From Klebsormidium nitens (Eukaryota; Plantae; Klebsormidiophyceae), in NCBI GenBank assembly GCA_000708835.1, contig DF237153.1, forward strand, positions 1-64,000: a stretch of DNA of 64,000 nucleotides, written 5' to 3'. Of this stretch, positions 57,201 through 64,000 are shown piece by piece (position 1 is the first letter of the stretch; each line of letters begins with the position of its first letter). Made by a program: the position numbers and the translations under genes. A model generated the notes under the pieces. The model was not told the origin of the DNA and searched no databases. It worked only from the letters and a program-made list of their open reading frames with translations.

Positions 57201-60200
57201 TGCGGCGGAATGCTGAAGAGAATTCGGTCATAAACTGGCACGTCATACTGGTTTGAATAAGAAGTGAGGGTCGCCTTTCTGGTTAGGAATCTGACACCCA
57301 CCTGCAAACCCTCGGGGTTTAGGACCTTGATAGCAGCCGACCTGTGCTCCAGCCTGCCTAGGTAGACCTTCCCGAACCCACCCTCTCCAAGCAGCTTTGC
57401 CGGGCTGAAGTCATCGGTGGCCGCCTCTAGTTCTCGGAACGAATACACGCGGCACTGCGACTGAGGCTTTCGCCGCTTGATCAGTTCCTGCATTCGATCG
57501 CCGTCAAAATAAATGCGTGGTCTGGTAGCTTACCAAGGCGTTAGCACAACTTGAAACGTGATAGGACATGCACGGTTACTCCAGGCCCTCTACGGTGCTG
57601 AACGCCCGAACTTGCCCTACTATCAGTCCGGTCCGTCAAAAGAAGACTCAGACGCGCGGAGTGTGCATTTCCCGAGCTCTGACAATCGACGCCTTGAAGG
57701 ATGGAGATGCTCAAAGAAGCACTAAGGGGTCGTCTAGGTCGTGTGGCCAAGTCCGTGTTTGAGCCCCGCTTGAAAAAGGTCGGTTTCCCAACGAAGAGAG
57801 AACGGCCGATGTCAGTCTCTGATCAAGTGAGCCTACGGAAGATCCCAACTTTTCTGTTCCTTATTCAATCAATGCCATTCTCAGTCATACGATATAAAGA
57901 GCAACCTGGTATTGGGTTCCGTTGACAACAGAGACTTAAAGTGCTGCGGATCGTACAGTCATGTATGTTGCGAAGCTACGCTCACCTTTTCTTGGCGTTC
58001 CTTCTCGGCCGCCTCCTTCGCCAGGCTGGCCTCCACCTCGCGCAGCTGCCGCTCATAGTTCGCCTGCTGGGCTTGGAGCCTGAAAGACACAAGTGCAGCG
58101 TACGGTCATTATGTCCCAAGAGACGGTGATGATTCAACGTCTGAAAGGCAGCTGATAAAAATGGAATGTGCCATTTCGGTACTACCGAGGAAGCTGCTGC
58201 TAAAGGCACCCTCGGAGGCCCCGACCAAGACATAGAAGTAGTGACTTTGCTTCGAAAAGTGGACCGAGCACAGAAGCACAACCCACCACGTTCTTTTACA
58301 GCTTGACGATTCCTCCTTCTTCTTGATTCCCTGTGGCAGCAGCGCTCAGACATTGCTTTCGAGATCGGCGCAAAGCAGTCCTCACCTGGCTGTTGCCGCT
58401 TCCGATAGCTGCAGCTTCCTCAGCACATCCGCCAGCTCGTCACTGCCCCGCACGTCCTCTTCCCGACCCATGGTTTCCCCCTCGACATACTCGCTATGCT
58501 CGGGTACAGATCCGGGCACCCGCTGACCCTGGCGGTTAACCCAAGCCTCCGTCGCGGTTACCGAGTCAGGAGTGCCGGTTCGGGACTGCAGCATTACCGG
58601 TTGAGAGGGGGATCCCTGAGGAAACGGCCCGGGCTTGCTGCTAACAGATAAGGCGCTCGAGCTGACCACTGAGCGGGGGGACTCGTTTGCGGGGGTGGAC
58701 GGGCGCGAGTCGTGGGACACTGTCGAGGGAGGTATGATCGGAGGCAGGAAAGCCGCGCTGCAAAAGAAGGATCCGTGAACTGTCAGACCACTAGATAGTC
58801 TGGGCCGTTGTGATTGCCTTGAATTGAGTGCGCCTGCTGCTGGAGGCGCAACCAAACAAGAGTAGAATCTTGGCTCGAATCTTGCCCCTGAGCCGTCGAA
58901 ACCCTGTGACCCCCATACTGCCAAAACCCCCAAGCCCCCAAAAGTGTGCACTCCTTAAACCGTTGAAAATTAAGACCAGTGGTCTTTGCACATGCACATT
59001 GTGAAGGAGGCTTCCAAGCCGAAGCATGCAAGTGCTGGCTTGACAAATCAACTCAACTTTGAAGTCATTGGATCAAGTTGGGCTGGCCTCTTCTTCAATC
59101 TTACCTTTGGCCCGGCATGTCTTTTCCGAGTCCACGTTTTGCTCCTGACCCCGCCACGCCCCTCTTCCCGTCATAGAACTGAGAGGTCAACAATTCGCCC
59201 CTGCTGTTGACCAGAAACACGCTGCAACGGGCTTTCTTAGCCACTCGCGCCGTCAGGCCCTTCTTCCGGAAACTGCAAAAAAATGCAGCACCTTGTGTTG
59301 AAAGAACGAGATTGGGCCTACTGACAGATGTCTGATCTCATGAGGCCCTAACAAAGATTTCAGCGAGCCAGTAAAGCTTTGATTTGTTGTGGTTTGTGAA
59401 ACGATTAGGCCCTGACAAAGCCAGTGGAACTTCATTTGTTAGTTGTTTATTGAAAGAACCAGACGCAGAGCATGGACAATTGATGGAAGTAAATCGTGCA
59501 ATATGCTGCCACATATGTGAAGACCCTGGAGAAGCACAACGACATGGGATACAGCAAGATTGAGCTCAGAGTTGGGGAGCAGATCCGCAGACCAGCTTTT
59601 AGAGACGATCACAAAACGTTGGATCCGAGTCAAAGTGAATCGGTGAGGGGCCTTAGGTAGCATTTCTTGCCGCTATGTTTGGAAGACCTCGGGCAAGACG
59701 GTAAAGTCAAAGGGCAGGTTCGCTTACGAGAACCCAGTCCTTCCGCCGGTCCCCATGACGAGGTGCGTGGCCCCGACCTCTTCGACAATCTCGAGCATGA
59801 CTGGTTCGCGGTCGGTGCCGCAACGGATCGTGATGGAGGCTTTTACCTGCATTCTTAGGAAGTCTGCTCAGAACTTTGGTCATTTTGCCAAATGCTGTGC
59901 AGGACAGCTGGATAACAAGTATAACTAGTAAGAAAGCTGTTACCTGACTCTGAAGATGTTAAGAGACCTTCGCACCACGGATCAAGTGGGGTTCAGTTGC
60001 CCTTAGATGCACCCCAGAGCTGCGCTATCATTAGAGCACCAAAATTAGGCAAAAGAACATTCAAATTGTCAGGCCAACCAGTCCACCAAAAGAATGACAG
60101 GGGCCGGAGTGAAATCTCTTACGCTCTGTTGCTTGCAGACCGCTTGGTACTCCTCAAGAAAGATTGCCGCCTTCCTCCCCTCCTCCTGAATGTAGTCAGC

Positions 60201-60744
60201 CTGGCATTGATCCTCTGCCCACGCCAGCGGCATTGGTCCCTCTGCAGAACAGGAAAGCATCTATTGAGCGCCCTGTTATTCTAGAGAATCGGTCGTCATC
60301 TACAGAAAAGTTTTGAGCATTCTTCACATATTCTGATCAACAGAGCTTCAGGTTGAGATACAAGCTGTGGAGATCCTTGAGCGGACAACTGCATCAAGTA
60401 TTACACACTGACAGCTAGAAATAAATTCGATGCACTCAATTCAAATCGGAGGGGTGTCACAAGAGTCTGAGAAGGAGACATAGCACTTCTCTAGCTGACC
60501 AAATGACTTCATGCCCGCAATGCATCGCTAACCGGCACAGAGGCCTTCAGAGTAGCACATGAGGATGTAGCTTACTAGGAGTTGGGATCAGGTCTGGAAT
60601 CTTCACAATGTGCGCCAGAATGACTTGATCCACACCGGCTTTCACAAAGAAGTTGATCGCCCATTGCAAGGCCTCTCGGCACTCGGCACTTGTGCTGCTC
60701 TTCAGCGCAACAATCACCGTCTTGCCTGCCTCCATGTCGACCAT
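54291..60744 (-). CDS. USP-like + coiled-coil + Ser/Thr kinase paralog lacking the U-box, 11 exons
   Basis: Exons 60744-60576, 60241-60123, 59846-59728, 59272-59105, 58757-58386, 58079-57986, 57487-57302, 56905-56705, 55869-55626, 55227-55037 and 54479-54291. Intron positions match the 39-46.7 kb gene, and the 186-, 201- and 191-nt exons are identical in length. Confidence 0.9.
55980..56500 (-). repeat. Four degenerate tandem copies of the intron-end/exon-9 junction (kinase VIa-VIb) within intron 8
   Basis: Copies at about 55982-56045, 56110-56185, 56255-56345 and 56405-56480 of the sequence encoding [22 protein letters not shown] plus the upstream ctgcag/taac acceptor region. Period about 140 bp. 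Confidence 0.85.
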
Positions 60745-63700
60745 GGCAGCTTCTGCGCGCACAGGGCCTGGTTTTATTCTTGGTGGTAACCCAATGTGAC
60801 TGCTTCTACTCCAACTTGTGCATTTTAAGTTTTCTTGTAAAGGATGTCTCACATACGCTATGGAGAGGGCGGCAAATGCACCTCGATTGAGCTGCAGATC
60901 ACGGCTGCGCTGAGCCTAGAAAGCTGACGACATCTTTTCCAAAGCTCAGATGCACCTCTCCTCCCTAGGCAAGCTACAAAACTAAAAGCTGAGCTTCCTA
61001 GTCAATGGATCTACTCCAATACTTCGCCTTGCTGCTCGTTTCCGTTGGACCTCTTCCTCTGACCTTCTGTCAGATTTCCTTTTAAGTTCTAGCTTGATCT
61101 TTACTGCAGTACTTCTGCAGGATCTCTTTCAGAACGCCCTTCTTCGGATCTTTCTGCGCCTAGACTCTACAGCCTGCAATCTGCACTACAGGCCAGAGCA
61201 TCATTGTTTCGTCAGCTACACTGAGCAGATTCTGCTGCTCAAGATTTCATCCGGCATTCCGCAATCTTCGCTGGACTAGAATGGGACGTAGAACATGCAA
61301 CTGTCGATCCCGAAACAGCTGGTGACATCAGCCCTGATCGGACGATGTAGAAGGCAATGTATACTTAGATCGGACGGTGAATTACTACCTGTCAGACACC
61401 AAGTCATATGATACACTTAAATGAAAGTTCAGAAGACGGTCAGGCGTTTTCGGAGACGGCCGCCAGTAACAGAGTTCGCGGCGTTTGTGATGCACGGATT
61501 CCTCGTCTTATTTCGCCGAAATCTGGCCAATAGCTTGCCGTCAAGATCCCGGTTGCATTTTCCCGGCAATATGATCTGGGTACCAAACCCTGTGTAAAAC
61601 CTCACGAGCCGGCGAGCGGCCGCGCCACAGCCGCTCGCGATCGGTAGATTTGAATCCTTATGATCGATACCATGGCATGCGACCCTATCAAAGCGGAGAT
61701 CCTCAGCTGCTGCAGGAGAGCCGCTAAAGGAGGTTGGATTTCGCTCCCACGCCACAAACTTTTGAAATTGGTCCGCGAAAGACACCAGTCTGTCAAACTG
61801 AAATTCGACAATCTCAATATCTGATCCGTCTGAGCCACGTCGAGGTGTAACCAGCGGCCGCGCACAACGGTCTGCCAAGCAAGGTAATTAACTGGTTGGA
61901 CGATCATGCACTAAGTATAGAAACCACAATGTGAACAATCCGGTGTCAGTGTGAAAGAGTATCAACAACAATCTCGATGTTCCGAATGCATGTGAAGTAT
62001 GCGCCCCAGCTACCATATGCCAGACGGCTTTGTGAAGGCAGGTGTTTTTGATCAATTTTGATTTCGATCTTGTATCATTGTGGTACGTTGCAGGCCGCCG
62101 GCCAGGCCCGCTTGACGAGCTTTGTGGAATCCTTCTGTTGCATACTGGTTGGCAAGCTTGGCAGATGCGCTTCCGCTCATGTATAGCAACACGTGGTTGA
62201 GCAGATTGGACGAGTCTTTCAGAACGGCTCATAATCTTGGCAAACTTATGCAAGGTTTACCTAAGTTGTCCATATCCAATTCTTGGCTCAAGCTGGCGCC
62301 CCTTGCAACTTGAACTTCTCTAGGACTCTTTGTAGCCGCGGTAGCTGCTGATACGCCGCCACGGATCGCCTTGCTTGCACTATTGACCCCACCTGCATGG
62401 CAAGGATGTGCGTCGTATGAACCCCTGTGGAACCCTGTTAACAAACCTTGCAAAACACAGGCATACCGAGTTCTAATGACTGCAGCGCCATGTTTGTGGT
62501 GTACCGCTTGTTTTTGTCCTTCTCAACAATTCTTTTTTAGCTTGAGCGGAATGCGCATGACTCGAACAGGAAGAGCGCTTACCAGAATGAGCATGGACGT
62601 GAAACCGATATTCTCGCCGCCCAGCATCGTCTGCCGAAAGTACGCGTCGATTTGAGTGGACACGATGGCCAGGATCCCAACCAGCATCCCCCCTGCAGAA
62701 GCCCAAACGTGACGTCAGAGATGCACACACATGGCGTCAGCGAAGCACAACAGCAGGCACAAGGAGGCGGCAAAGGTACAGAACAACAGTCCCACCGAGC
62801 ATTCCCTCTGTAGGAGGCCAACCATGACGTCAGCAACGCACAGTAGCGTAAGAAAAGGAGGCGGCGGACCCATGACCACGAAAAAAGGATGAGCTTTTCG
62901 AAAAACCCTAGCAACGCCCGATAGGGAAACTCAGCAAAGCGGGACGCTCGCGAAGGGGCTTGGCCAACGCGTCAGCGGCAGTCATTGGCTGAAGCCATCA
63001 GGAAAGAGAGTTCAAGGAAGTAAGGCCAGCAAAAAAAGGGCAGCGAAGTGCCTCAGCAAAAGGCGTCAAAGGCGACGACGTTTGATACCTCGTCTGCCTG
63101 TGTCGTCTGCGCAACACTCACTTTTTGATAGATAAGATTCGCTTGACAGAACAAACAAATATCCATTTGGATGGCTGGGGGATCTCAACGCAAAGGACCC
63201 GTCAAGCGCTGGGATACGCCGCTGGAATGAGCGGTCAAAGTGAAGCGGCTGCTCACAACAAAGGCACAAGGGGCTCCGTATACAGCACGAGTACGTCGCT
63301 ATCGACCTGCCTGGTTTCAACCAAGCGGTTGAACCAAATTCAACCAGCATCTCAACTCAAGATAGAAGGCCTCATAGAGGGCCTCGTAAGCGCTAAAGGA
63401 AAGGCTTTATAAGCGCTTGAGATAAGCGGTTGCTTACCCCAGAAGCGCGCGCTGGTCTGTACGTAGCGTAAGTATTGCACCGTTTGTCGCCCGGGCCGGA
63501 TCTGGGGAACACGTGCCCCGATCTGATTGAGCCACTTGGACAGCTCCGTCGGGTTGTCGGACTGTATGGAGAAGAAGGACGATTCTGATGGGGCAGTATC
63601 GTGTCTCTCGTTTGAAGCAACTGGTGAACTCCGAAGGATAATCTACTTGTCGACCTTGTTCGACCAACAGATCGCCACAGGAGGGAGGAGGCTAGAAAAG

Positions 63701-64000
63701 CGAGAGGGGGATATGAAGTGTCCTGATGCTGCCGCTATTTGCAGATTCGTTGAGGATCGTTGACTTTCAGACATTTGTGAAAGCAACGCGTTGATACCTA
63801 GGGCGAAATAGAAACAAAGCCCCTTCGCCTTGAATACAGTGCCCAAAGGTCCTACTCTCGTAGTTCTACATGAAGCCGGGATCTGAACGGGCTGCTGAGG
63901 ACGTCATTCCGCTGCTACCAGACAGAAAGCCAAAGAGAACAGCGAGGCCCGGTTCGGCATACTTACGATGTCTACCAGGTTGCACAAGAAGATGACGGCG

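Noticed and set aside
61000-64000. Short ORFs upstream of kinase paralog 2
   Set aside because: No motifs, no consistent strand or splice pattern; treated as intergenic.
1-64000. tRNA, rRNA or other structured ncRNA genes
   Set aside because: No cloverleaf or rRNA-conserved segments were recognised by eye; tRNAscan-SE or Infernal would be needed to exclude them.

Overview
Eukaryotic genomic window with GC-rich exons, short GT-AG introns and four N gaps. The gene content and style suggest a streptophyte alga such as Klebsormidium (inference). The right half (35.7-64 kb) is mostly ordinary host sequence: an F-box/LRR gene, an OS-9 lectin gene, and two paralogous USP-coiled-coil-Ser/Thr kinase genes. 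One kinase ends in a U-box. The other has a stop at the first U-box Cys and four decoy copies of its catalytic-loop exon start. The left half (about 5.5-35 kb) is a mobile, virus-like island with six components. (i) An intronless satellite-like cassette ordered tyrosine recombinase, small ORF, decayed Prim-Pol/Zn/D5-SF3 primase-helicase, then an iteron/AT-rich origin-like site. (ii) A five-exon, in-frame PrimPol-type AEP + Zn finger + UL9/origin-binding-type SF2 helicase fusion gene. (iii) Three arrays (about 35 units) of a palindromic AGTCAAAA...TTTTGACT box, one of them inside an intron of that gene. (iv) A KDZ-type transposase whose 985-nt intron holds an antisense XPA-like ORF. (v) A second palindromic repeat family. 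(vi) Three dispersed small ORFs sharing an exactly spaced W-x6-F-x3-GGFE[DE] motif. I found no capsid, packaging ATPase, RNA gene or true CRISPR array. Family assignments come from motif recognition only; no searches were run.
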